Source: Laetmonice hystrix (lineage: Eukaryota). Taken from it: a stretch of 64,000 nucleotides of DNA. The notes under the pieces are model-generated. The model made no database searches. It was given only the letters and a program-made list of their open reading frames with translations, and was not told where the DNA came from. Position 1 is the first letter of the stretch. Each line of letters begins with the position of its first letter. This document shows, in pieces, positions 50,880 to 62,980 of the stretch. The translations under genes and the position numbers were made by a program. The DNA lies in NCBI GenBank assembly GCA_965235115.1, contig OZ249442.1, positions 18,600,001 through 18,664,000 on the forward strand, read 5' to 3'.

Positions 50880-51120
50880 CGAGTCTGATGACGTCTCGGT
50901 ACTGCATAGTATTCGTTCCTTGAATGCCAGAGTCCAAATGGTAGAATTTATAATTACCACTGCAATTGTTGACGACGCGTTAAAAGTGATTGATGGTGTG
51001 CCGAGCACATATGTATGCAGGAAAAAACTATCACTGCTTGTCATAAATGAGACGCTGATTAAAACATGAGGAAAACGTTGTGAAAGCGAGATTTCAGAAA
51101 TTAATGAAGAGTGAAAAGGC
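50880..51120 (+). mobile_element. CR1-type APE endonuclease N-terminal fragment
   Basis: The plus strand reads DVSVLHSIRSLNARV ... LSLLVINETLIK, resembling SILHLNIRSL and IIGISETWL. Confidence 0.35.
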
Positions 51121-52099
51121 CGAGGCAAGAAAGAGCATGGTTCAACAGGTACAATTAGTCTTGCACGGAATGATTGATGGCAATGAGAGACGTGTTTCAT
51201 TCACATCTTACTCAGGGGGTTTCGCTGATTACGACCGACAGTAGCGCCTAATCCTTGGAGGATGTAATTAAAACACTAAGTTTTTTCTTCAGGGATTAAA
51301 TATGAAATCAGAGATTAAGTAGGCTTACAGAATGCTTCGCTGGTGAGATAGCACAGATACATCATCTAAATGGGAAATTGGTTAAAATGCAAGTTGATGC
51401 AGCTATATTGGGAACTTAAAACCAGAGCAAGAACAATTAGAAAAGAGGATTTAATAACATGCGTAAATGAGGTACTAATCCATCACTCATGGCTGTTAAA
51501 AAGTCGCCTCTTAATGCATCGTCTCTCGCTTGGAATATTGCTGCTTGAAACATCAGGCAACGATGGGCGCGTGAGGTGAAGCAATTGAAAATGCCTGTTG
51601 TAGTTGACTCCGGTTGTTAAGCCTACCGTAACATTCAAGTCAATCTAGAAGGCAGAGATTATTTAGGATTGTTCCATTGTGAAAAGGCAGCTCCATGCCT
51701 AATCACAGTCAAAGTTGAGAAAAAAAGACTTTGAACTTTGTTGAATGACCGATGACTCAAAGAAGAAATATCAATGTGCAGTGAGAAAAATAGCAATATA
51801 TTAGTTTTAAATCTGGAGCAAGAACTTATATTTGGTGTACATGCTTACAGTGTACATGCTGGCAGTTACAATGTATGTCTAACCGATACATAGTCTCTCA
51901 GTAAAGATGGTTTAAACTTCTTTGCATACAAATGGACAATTTGAAAAATTATCAAAGAGCCAAATTTAGCTTGGGTAAAACAGCCTATTGGATATGTACG
52001 AGTTATTGTTTGTTTCTAAAGAAATGCCTCTCCCATCAGGCATCCAATCGTATCTGTCCTCGTTTTTGTAGCCATCCATCTCAAAGGTATAATGTACAG

Positions 52100-52330
52100 T
52101 CACATGATCCAATAGTAACATCTATTTCGCCATTGATTTTCCAAACTGCCAAAGACTACCCTGTATACATGAACAATACCACTACCTACATTAATCTCGA
52201 CATCGAAGTTTTCCTCTTTTCTATTTTCTGACATCTATATCTGTATTCTATATGTGATATTAACCTTTTATTCATATGTCTATTTAGAGATTGATATCCC
52301 GGAACAATAACACAAGGCACAATTATTGTT
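52100..52330 (-). mobile_element. Possible CR1-type APE endonuclease fragment
   Basis: The minus strand reads IVPGYQSLNRHMNKR and, after a frameshift, ENFDVEINVGSGIVHVYR, resembling IPGY...R..KRGGG and E..FIEI....I..IYR. Confidence 0.28.
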
Positions 52331-52909
52331 ATGAATAATGAATTATTAAGTTTCCTAAGATATGATGATTTACCATTAAAGCACATGTGTTTAACTGCAG
52401 GAGCATCATTATAAATTGCAAGTTTACAAGATATAGGACCAATGACTATTTGCAAACATCGACTGTCTCAGAGTACCAGATCGGAAATATGGCTGCTTTA
52501 CGTAATATGTCTGGCTAACGGTAATTGCGCCAAAGAATTAGAAGTCTCTCTCATATGGGAAGATACATACGGTGGTTCGGTTATGATATACAGTTCATTA
52601 ACAGACCGCAATAAGTGGAGAGTGATTTAAAACAAGGAACACATAATTAAAAGAACTGAACACAATTGTGATGACGCTGAAGCAGAAGAATGAGTCCTAA
52701 GAGAAACACATTAGCATTGAAGTAGGAGTCACAACCATAAATGGAGGTAATCCTTGCGGGAAGACGAGTGATTGATATTGCTGTGACAGCAACAATTAGT
52801 TGGGTTGGAAGATTAACAGAAGAGTAAACAGTAGGCAAAGAAATAAATGAAAGATGCCGAATTAAGTAATGATGGTAATGAATCTTGAGGGTGGCTGCTG
52901 ACATACGCA

Positions 52910-53190
52910 CTGTCCTCATCTGAGAGTGAAGATGAATCAGGTACAGATGAAGAGGAAAGAATTACACATTACAACTAAAGGCAGAAGGGAAAGGTACAAT
53001 TGATGCAGCAAATGAAAACAGTCAAGTGTAGTTACAACAGATAAGAATTTGATTGTCTCTTAATTACTCTGAGAAAGATGAATTATAAGTCAGACGCCAT
53101 GTCTACACGGTGATGAATGGAGTGTTGTGCAAAGGTGATTAACAAAGGTAAAAAACAGAGAATGGAAATGTGACAACTGTATTTCCTGTG
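52910..53190 (+). pseudogene. Acidic tract followed by a degenerate PHD-finger-like end; probable transposon relic
   Basis: Reads SSSESEDESGTDEEE, then CLHG...EWKCDNC. Interrupted by stops, with no splice frame. Confidence 0.25.
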
Positions 53191-56100
53191 TAACCATGTA
53201 GATTGATGAATGTGATAATTGGTGCTTCTTATTATGATTCATACTGAAAACATATGCTGCTATAATACAACCCCATATAGCTTGGTATGTGGGAAATTAA
53301 GGTTTTCTCAGTTTATACCAGACGGAGCTTCTCTGATATTTATCTGAGAGAAATCTGTAAGATCTTTCACCGTACACAATGCATGTTTTTCCTGTCCGTC
53401 ACGATGACTACCACTAATAAAGTGAACCCTTTTTCCGGCTTGCTTCCTAGCCTCGAGCCATGCTGTGACATTTAACATGAGAAACAAGCTGACTAGCTCC
53501 ATTTGGGAAATTCCTTTATTATAATATGCAGCACACAAGGGGCAATGCGGTTCTCTCAGAGAGATATGAAATTTATGGTACACCTGAATTTGTTGTTCTG
53601 ACTTATATTTGCTCAAAGATTGCTATTGATTTTATCATGAAATATTTCTGCATAAGCCGACAAATCACATAAACTAGCATAGTCTTTGAATACTTCTTTC
53701 GACTTTTGCAATAAAGTGGATCATATAAAGCAGCTGGCAGTGAAGCAGGGAGAAGAATGATAGGGCTGATTTCAAAGTTAACTTTCGGACGAAGACGTAC
53801 AACAGGAAGGCAGAGTATAAAAAGGTCGAACTTGCATCCCGAAGTGCATGCTTGTCAGATGAGAAACAGCATCATTAGAGCCAGACTTCTTTACTAGTCC
53901 GTAGACGCAGCAGTTCAGTATCATATATGCCCAATATCAAAGTAACATATCGAACAAACTAGGAAGAGATAAATGAATTTCAGAGGCAGACCTACTTTAC
54001 TGCCAACTGCATTAATCATGACATTTCAGTCCCACCATGAGTAAATACCTTAACATCTGTGGGCGTAGAGCTTTCTGAAGAAAAGTTCACATGTAATCAG
54101 ATACGGAGACTTTCCAAATCTCAGCCAGGCATTTATGATGGATCTGAACCACTTCAACTGGAATTACTTTTCAGTTTACTTTGAGCTTTCGGCAAGGAAC
54201 ACATGTTGAGTATGGGTCGGGGAGTTTTTTGGCCTTTGACTGTCAATTAGAGGCTCATATACCTAATGCAATGATCAGAACAGTATGACCGGCAGAAATC
54301 TGTGGCTATTTATTATTTGGTTAGTGCATGGTAACATATGACCAGTAACAAGAACGTGTATGTCTAGTTTATTGAAACGAACTGATGTAAAAAATATTCA
54401 TATAGTTCCCAATTCTAAATTCTTCCAATTAGGCCTCATGAATATTTTTGTTAGGACTGTTTCTAAATTATTGCTTTTGAGTTATACTCATGGGGACTTT
54501 TGCTTTGCGGAGCCACTGACATTAGTAGAAAGAGAGACAGACCTTTCTAGTGAAAGGTATTGTGTATCCTTACTTGACAATGTGTCCTTTTTCAAACGGT
54601 AACGAATGTATTAATATAACAAAAAAAATTACACGGTCATTGCGTTTCAGATTATGAGACATATATCAGATACATGAGCTCATTCTGAATGTATTGAAGG
54701 GAGATTATATGACTTATTTCGTATTGTGTCTAATAGTAAGTCTGAAATAGATACTACGTGAAGGCGTAAACGCAAAATATAAAAATCGAAAACTAATGTG
54801 TTCACTTAATCATACGACAATTAAACAAAAGACACTTCTGTTATGAAAAGAACGGTGTATGCATCAGCCTGAAGCAAGAATTCCTGAAGCAAGAAAGTAA
54901 TTTGAATAAAGTAGCTGCTAAAGAAGAAATCTCCGGTAACGTGGAACTATCACAGCGAGTCGTTGACGCGCCCACTGAGCTGTGTTTGTGGACCGACTGT
55001 TATCTATGTATACTTCGTTGACGGCCATTACCAAGTTTGTGGCCAGTGGGAGAGCCTGCGTTATTGGATATGACATACTTTATTACAGACAATTATGACG
55101 ACACTGATGAAGGCCAAATTGTGTAACACTGAGGAGTTGGGCGGGATTTAGCGCGAATTGGGAGGTAGAAGCTTAAGTAATGGTAGGAAGGGGGATGGAG
55201 TGGGCTGCAAGTGAGTCTGGGATCAGTGCTAATGGTGTGTGACATTACATAAAGCCACCGAGTAGCGTCACATCTCTTGCTAGTCTTTCAGCCACCCACT
55301 ATCTCATTATTAATTACCCAGAAAAGAGGCAACGCCCAATGCAATTATTCTTTATTTAAGATGCTCACACCAGAGTGTCAAAAACATAGTGCACCACATG
55401 CTAGTAATTTGTCTAAAAGGCAAGGATTGATGCTATGTACATGATCCCACCTAATGTTGGATTAATTTCAATTTAACACCCATAATCCCATGTAGCTAAG
55501 TGTCTTGTGTATTGACACACGACTCAAACCCATTATGTGTTTTCAGTAAATGTTAAGTAACGAGTTTATGAGGAAAGATGGCAGCACTTGGGGCGTCGGT
55601 GCTATGGCCCTTAGTCAGACACCTCACATCGGACGTAGGAGGATAATGAGTTTGCTGGCAGCAACTCACAATTGATATCCATCAAATGGTAACTTCCAAC
55701 CATCAATGCCTCTCATCAGCATTTTCATCGGTGAAATTGAGAAAAGGAGCGCCGTTGATTAAGGCTGACTGGCGTGTCATGGAACGTAAGGAGAGCGATG
55801 TATAAGGCGGTGGAAATTGCAGCTGGGCAGAGGTGGTGTGAAAAGCTGGGCATGCTGGAAGAATGTGCTCTTCTGCCACCACCGTGACACAAACGCAATG
55901 TAGCAGCCACTCTGCAAGGCCCGTGTCACTACGGGTTAGATCGCTGCGCAATGATACAAAAGATATTCATGAATAAAACGACGAGAGGCACACAGGAATT
56001 CCACTATTGGTCATTAGAGAAGTGCACGGAGGCTGATGATCTTTGGCAATGGGTCGGCAGATTTTTCATTAGGACAGTCAGGTCAAAAGTTTAGTGGCTC

Positions 56101-56909
56101 ATCAAAAGGCAACTTTAGATTGTATCTTGGACGTTATGGTGTCAGCGGGCACTGGCTGCCATTGTAGCAGGGATGTGATGGCATGCCATCATCATTAGGC
56201 GATTATGACCAGCAGGATATGGATGGGCCGATATCGGATGTTGGCATGCACAGCTCACCATATCACTCTTGTACAGTGTCAGACAGTTCGGGCACTGATG
56301 GTCAAAGTCGTCCATTGTTTGTGCTTCAATCCTCAGGCCAAGCAAAGGAGGTGCAAGAGATATTAACGATGAAGAATCGATGCTCTGAAATCTATTTCCT
56401 TAACTCCATTCTCTAAAAAGAACTTTTGTGCTGCTAATTCTGCACACTGCGAAGCGGTATACATTATCCGATAGCGGAGATGTGTGGGGGTTGAGGACGG
56501 GATAGATGTGGGCGAGAAGTGGTCCATCTCTGATTGCATGACGGTGGTTGGAGTCCGTGGGGGTTGGACATTTGCACGTGGCCCCGGTCACTCGGCTCGC
56601 TCGGATAGATGTCTGACCCAAGGTGGGGCCACACGATCGGCTCCCCGTGGCAGAGGTGACTGTCTGGCCTATGTGCACTCTCTCTCTCTTTGAGCTGTGG
56701 TCATATTACTGGGGAACCAGTGTCCGGCCGAGGGATGGAGGCGTACTGGTGCATGACTGCAAGTGAAAGACAATGGGGAGCGATTACGTAACTGAAGGAT
56801 CATATTAAATAAGTCCAGTAGGAACCATTTCTGGAAATGTTACATAAAAGTGAGCCAAGCATCTTTATGGTATACTATAGCATCAAACGTTTCAACAAAC
56901 GGAAGCTTA

Positions 56910-56931
56910 CCCCCCCCCCCCCCCCCCCCCC
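56910..56931. repeat. C22 homopolymer followed by A9, the longest of ten C/G runs of 10 or more
   Basis: Read directly from the sequence. Confidence 0.95.
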
Positions 56932-57276
56932 AAAAAAAAAGAAACTTCAAGAAAGGATAAAAATGTCTCGATATTAGTTAAAACTATTCTCTGCGCGTAA
57001 TAATTTAGAGGAATGCTGAGTTTATATCGTCCCTTTAATGAGAAAAGGGAATACCAAATAATAGGAATGGTTCTTTTGCAACCCGTGCGGTTCTGAAAGG
57101 CAATTGCCTGATCTAACAGGATATGTTGAATGAAGTGCCTCAAGTAATATTGTCCTGTTTCCCCACCTCTGATAACCCCTACAATATGCAAGCAGGCACA
57201 CTCTGGCTTGCTGGGTAGTTGGAAGCAGATTAGAAACTTCGTGCCTTACATAAATGCATTAATTGCCAGTCAACAT

Positions 57277-57307
57277 TGCAATTCCTGACCGGCCACTAGG
57301 GGGAATC
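57277..57307 (+). promoter_or_regulatory. Extended CTCF site: upstream module TGCAATTCC, 5-bp spacer, then GGCCACTAGGGGGAATC
   Basis: The core matches GGCCAC(C/T)AGGGGG and diverges at the last 3 positions. The upstream TGCA(A/G)T.CC module sits at the spacing described for vertebrate ZF9-11 binding. Confidence 0.55.
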
Positions 57308-60300
57308 GTGATTACCTAATGAGATTTGATGATGAATGTAGGGGTGTGTAGAGGGTGATTAACAAACAATTGTCCCCTTGGGAACAGGTCTCCCCCTGGG
57401 TGGACGAGCATGCACCTAACTACCAGTGACACTGATGTATGAGATGCGCAGCTCTAACTCTCTGATTCAACACCTTAATCCTCCTATGTGTGAACCTGAG
57501 TCTTAATTGTTGCTTGCCTGCCTTGCCCCGTGGGCTGGTGATGGAACAGGAGACTAGGCCGTCATCGCTCAGTCTCATCACCACTACACCTCTCCCATGA
57601 TACCCAGTCTCACCCTACACACCATGGCTAATCCAATCAGTGGAGCAAATCTCAGCTTTTGGATTCCACATGAATACAGTACAGGTCTCGCCGAACTTCT
57701 CCGGCCTTATATCGTCGGAGAACTTCGCTGCTGTGCCCCCTTACTTTTTAATCAATTAAGAGCCTCCAAATGACAATTTTAGAAAAAAGATAGGGAGATG
57801 TTGTGCATTTAATATCTGGTTTATGTTTTCATGAGGATATTATTAACGTGAAAATGTGAGGACTTTCAGTCATTGTACGATTTTTCATGGGGGTTTTTGG
57901 AACTAATAAGACAGATGGCATTCTGTATTATGTTTGATCTGAGGTGTACAGTTGAAGCGGAGGATTTTATTGCCACCCACAGGACGAGCATCTTAAATAA
58001 CATCACAAAAGCAATGTCCCTCCTGTCACAGCATTTTTTGCACATATCTGTTTGATTGCAAAGGTTCATTTATATTCAATGGATTAGGGACCTTCAGAAA
58101 ACAACTAGGTGATGCAGCATTTCTCTACATTTATCAGAGTTAAACCGTCTGAGATTATCTGCAAAATAACGTCAAGCTATTAAAGTTTTCTGTAGAACTA
58201 GAATGAAAGAAGGTCTGTGGTCGATCGGACTGTCACTGGTAGGTCATAGGTATATGCAAATGGATGCAAGGCCGTATCACCAAGGCAACCCTTCCTGGTT
58301 GCCGAGGGCGACAGGTGTATCGATCGGGGGGAAGGGCTAAATTGACTGCTATGATATTCATTTCCATGCTTCATATTGGTCATCTATTTCCCCTCATTAG
58401 GTAGCCGAAATGAACATTTATGGTTGTCAGACCAAAGCTCCAGGACCCAGTCCCATTTCTTTCATGACTGACATCGTTCAGGTTAAAGCCAGCCTAATGT
58501 TAGATAGCCACAAAGTCATTAAGGCCAAGCAGGCAGAGGCTCCTCTGCTGGAGGGCAATAGTTTCTCCACCTCAGGCTTCTAGTGAGATGTAAAGAGTGA
58601 AACAGATATTGCATTATTATGGTGTATTTTTGTAGTTTTTGTCTTATCGTTTTAGTTTTTGACATTACAAATATAAGGGAATTAATTAACTCCGTCGTCC
58701 TTATAAAATAGTATTGATTATTGTCTAGGGATTTTATTCAGTTTCGCATTCAGTAGGAAAACAACACATCTTTCAACTTTAAACATATGGATTGCAGTGA
58801 TATAATATCTGTCAGAACATGGAACATGAAGCAAGTTCTGTTACGGCTGTTGGTTGAGTCCGGGTGAAAGCCATTTAGAGTGAAGCTGAGCTGTTAACAG
58901 CGCGCCCCAGGATCTCTGAAGCTGACCCACAAAGAATAGCCCTAGGTTAATGCGGTGTGGCCATTGTGTTAATCATTAAGAAGATAATAATCACGCAGCG
59001 GCGTGACCATATTTAGTATATGTACAGCGTTTTCGTGACAATAGAACAGTAATACAGGGGAACTGACCAAAAAAATCACAGAATCAAGTAGAGACATGGA
59101 CGGAATAGGAAAGCATTAGGAATTGGGGTGCTTTGGGAAGACCCAGTACATATGATAATTTACCCGGGGGTCTTTATTGTCCTTTTATTGTAACTCTGAA
59201 AGCATTATTCCAGCTTTAATATTGAAGTATCTAGGGCCGTACATGATTTTAATTTATCTATTTTTGTCATCACGATCTAGAATTACCCACAGTTTATTGT
59301 CTTCATGTTCTTAAAGCCTGTTTTGTACATGTTGTTAACCAAATCAATTCGTGACAAAATGGTGAAAATGATAATATCCTATAGGTAAGAGCCCTGTTAA
59401 ATGCACACCAGATCTCGGCTGACGTGTGTTACTTGGCCCTGTATAGTATAACCGACCAATCCAGGTATTCGCTGGAATGCAACACCTCCACATGGAAGAA
59501 GGTTTTGTGTTTGAAATTAGTTCGTCTCAGTAACTGTAACACTGAGTGGCAGACAGTGTAAGCGTAGGACAATGTAACTATACATGCCAATTGGGGGGCC
59601 CTATCGTCCATATCAGTCACACAGTTTGCGAGTTTCATTGACGAGATCTGAAATGACAGGTCTACATTGTATTAATGTGATCCCCCAATTAGTCACAATG
59701 CATAACTCTGCTTCTCCATAGAGGAAGAGCTCTGAAATTTCATATGTCCTACTTGCTGATTCCCGATGGCTTTGTGAATGACCACAATAGTAATGTAGCC
59801 TGCTGCTAAAGATTCTCTTTGTGCACTACTTAGTGTTCATTGTTCACTCCTGTGGCATAGAGTAACACTGATTTTCCTATCCATGTATATTCTTTTCTGC
59901 CCGAGGTAGCAATGTGGAACAATGTGATGAGAAAACCGAATACATTATTGTGTGTTGGAAATAGTTTTAAGTTAATTCTTGATGCCTGTCATATTGGAAT
60001 TTGTACTTGTTTCATTTGGTCGCCAACAACTGTATCAGCGACCAAGGTATTAACGAGAACGGCATAAGATGATCACACTTCTTTAACGCTACCTTGACAT
60101 GCGATTATGATATCGTGTCATGAGAGCTACTCTAACTGCAGTACTCTAACTGTCTCTCCTTACTGAAAACGTACGTATAAATGTACTCCTGTGAACAATT
60201 TAAGATGTGCCATTCTACATTTCTAGATTTGTTTTTGTTGACCATGTTATAGAATAGTTGTTGTTCTTATTTTCTATTGTTTAAATGTGAAACTCGGTGC

Positions 60301-62559
60301 AGAATTGTACCAGAATGTTGCCTTTCTCTCTTTTTTTATGGATGCTGATCAGTAGGTGTCACCTCTATCGTTGGCCGTCCTTTATGATTGGCCTAATCCC
60401 AAGGCTGTGGATCTTCAGTAACGCTTTGCCCTCATCCATTGCAGTTACTGCAGAGGGTGGCGAACAGTGCCTCTAGGGTAGAGAGAGAGTTGCCTCTTTT
60501 GGTGGAAACCATGGTGACAGGGGCAGGCCAAGGCGTGATTGGCATCCTTCGGTTATGCCTCCTAGTTCCGTCATGTCCTTCACGTACTCATTCAGCACTC
60601 CGAGTGATGCCCATGCAAGTATCTAAGAGGAAAAGAGCACTCGATGCCACAATGTTGTTGTACAAGTAGCAGGAGTTTTTCACGGTGACGGGTTATTCGT
60701 GCCTGATCTTTTGGTTTTGGTCTAAGATATGGAGTATCTAGTAGATATCACAGGAGAATAGGAGATTACAAACTTTTTGAGTTAACGTTTGATAAGGCAT
60801 GCTCATTAAACCAGTTTCTATTCTATACTTACCAAACGCTTGAATAGGTCTCTGTGGGTACTATCTGTACCCGCTGGCTAAACTTTCGGGGTACATTTTG
60901 TATATGGTATGTCGGTATGCATATATTTATTATGAGCATATCTGTAATGAATAGCGATAATTACTCTTTCGTTATTAGTTCACTTACCAACCGGCAGTCA
61001 ATCAACTATATTGCATTATCACAACCAATGAACTGGTGTGATATTAGCTTTTTTTAAAAGTCAGGTTGAACATGAAGCATTCGATCATCCTAATTTCCTT
61101 AGGCTGCCTTTTGTATTGCTGACTTTTATGCCATGGGTCTAGAGGCTTCAGCGTGAGACTGAGCAGACAGGGGCATGTCTCGTCACACGGCGTTGTGCTC
61201 TAAGCCTAAACACTGCTCTCACTGGACCTCACAGCGAAATGAATGCACTGATCAGCCTCAGACAGCCAGACAGTTTCGTTTTCATTTTTCACACTCCTAT
61301 TGATTGCCTGATGAGGAAGGACACAGTCCTGAATATATCGTAGTAATTAGCCAGCCGGCAGAAATGTGGAGGTCTGTTGACATGTCTAACGAGGGCCTGT
61401 CCCATTGCCACGTTTCCCCCCCCCCCTGTTTGTTTTATGCAAATGTTCACCCCATGTCGTGCTGCACAGCAGCCCCTCAGCCTCCCGGCACTGGGTCCTT
61501 TTTGAAGTGGCAGGCTAAAGGCATAGATATGATTTTCACATGGAAACGGCCTGACCCACAGGATGGGCCGCTATAACAAAGGCAATGTGTGTACTGCTGA
61601 GCCCGCATAGACGATCGACGGCCTGCTGCCAGAATTTCCCCATGTCTGTCTTCTGTGTCACCTTACCATCCCTGCTGTTTTCATGTAGTTTCTTAAATAC
61701 TTGGCCAAATTAAAAACAATACTGTTAGATTTAATTTTGGGGGCGTCCGTTGTTAAGGAAAAGCTGGACAGTCAAACCCTAACAGTAGGTGACGTTTCAT
61801 TGATCAGGTGGTACTATCCTTTTTGCACCCATCAAAGCTATTGCAATTGATGGCTTACAATTGACTATAATTCACACCTCGATTCTTCTGCAGTGCGTTC
61901 TGACACCCAAGGTGGATCGCGAAATTGTTGGGCGATTATACGAGTCTGGCTCAGCTGTGGGTAACCGGACTGGGTGTGCCCGTGGTGGGGTAGTCGACCA
62001 CTGGTCGACAAACGACGGCCGGCGGCACAGAGCACTACACACCCCACACCTTGCCAGATTTTAGCTGTGGAAACTGAACAAGGTGTCACTGGCAGGGTCC
62101 CCCTGCCCCACTCGAAAGGTAATTATGTCGTTTTAATTGTTCTAATCACGCGTGTGAGGCGTTACAGCAAATGGGTCTGGTAATAAATCTTGCCAGGCGT
62201 AAGGTTGACCGCCCATTTACATGCCACTATATGAACGTGTCCATTTGTATAATTTGGAAATGTCTTTTCTTGGTCACTGCTGAACTTTATGGAGTTGGAA
62301 GAAGGCCCATTTATTATAAAGAAATAGCCATAATACTCTCACAATAATTTAAAACCACAGAATTTGTTCAAGTATGGTAAAATGTATATTTTATCTTCGC
62401 ATGGTCTAAAGTACAGAAAGTATATGTGTAACAGTATCTCTGGAATTGTAGCTATATGGTACTCTTCTTTCATATTTGTTATTTTCACTCAGAATGATTG
62501 TGTATCTCTTTGTATCGTAACGTACACCAACCTGAGCCATCTTGAGACTGATGAATCTT

Positions 62560-62980
62560 GATCTTCACCGGCTGCGCCCGTGTTTTCAATTAGTAATTTT
62601 GTATGTCGTCCGCGTGGTTGGAAACACTTGATATCCCCGTTTTGGATATCGTGTGCGAATCGACACAAATCATTGACACAGATCGACTTATTTGGAGGTA
62701 CATTATGTACATAGCAATTGTTTATTTGCAGCCATGATTTTTATGCCTTACAATCTGAGTTGTAGGAAGATAACCACTAAATACCGGTATTTATCTCACT
62801 GTCTTTGCCTTGGTTTATCGCACCGAACACCGCTGTGATAAACTGCCCTTGGTGACCGTGGTTTTGACCAATCACGGACGGCCGAGCTTCACGAGGAAAT
62901 AGAGAAGCTTGGATCGCTGGGTTGGCTCGTCTAATATAGAGGGCCCCAGGTCGAAATGTACAAATTCGGAGGTGGGGATG
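62560..62980. promoter_or_regulatory. Second CpG-enriched, promoter-like segment with a CCAAT box
   Basis: Locally dense CpG, with GACCAATCA (NF-Y consensus) at 62866-62874. No linked exon demonstrated. Confidence 0.3.

Noticed and set aside
56763-56784. miR-71-like seed TGAAAGACA
   Set aside because: The 3' half diverges from miR-71 and there is no complementary star arm or hairpin.
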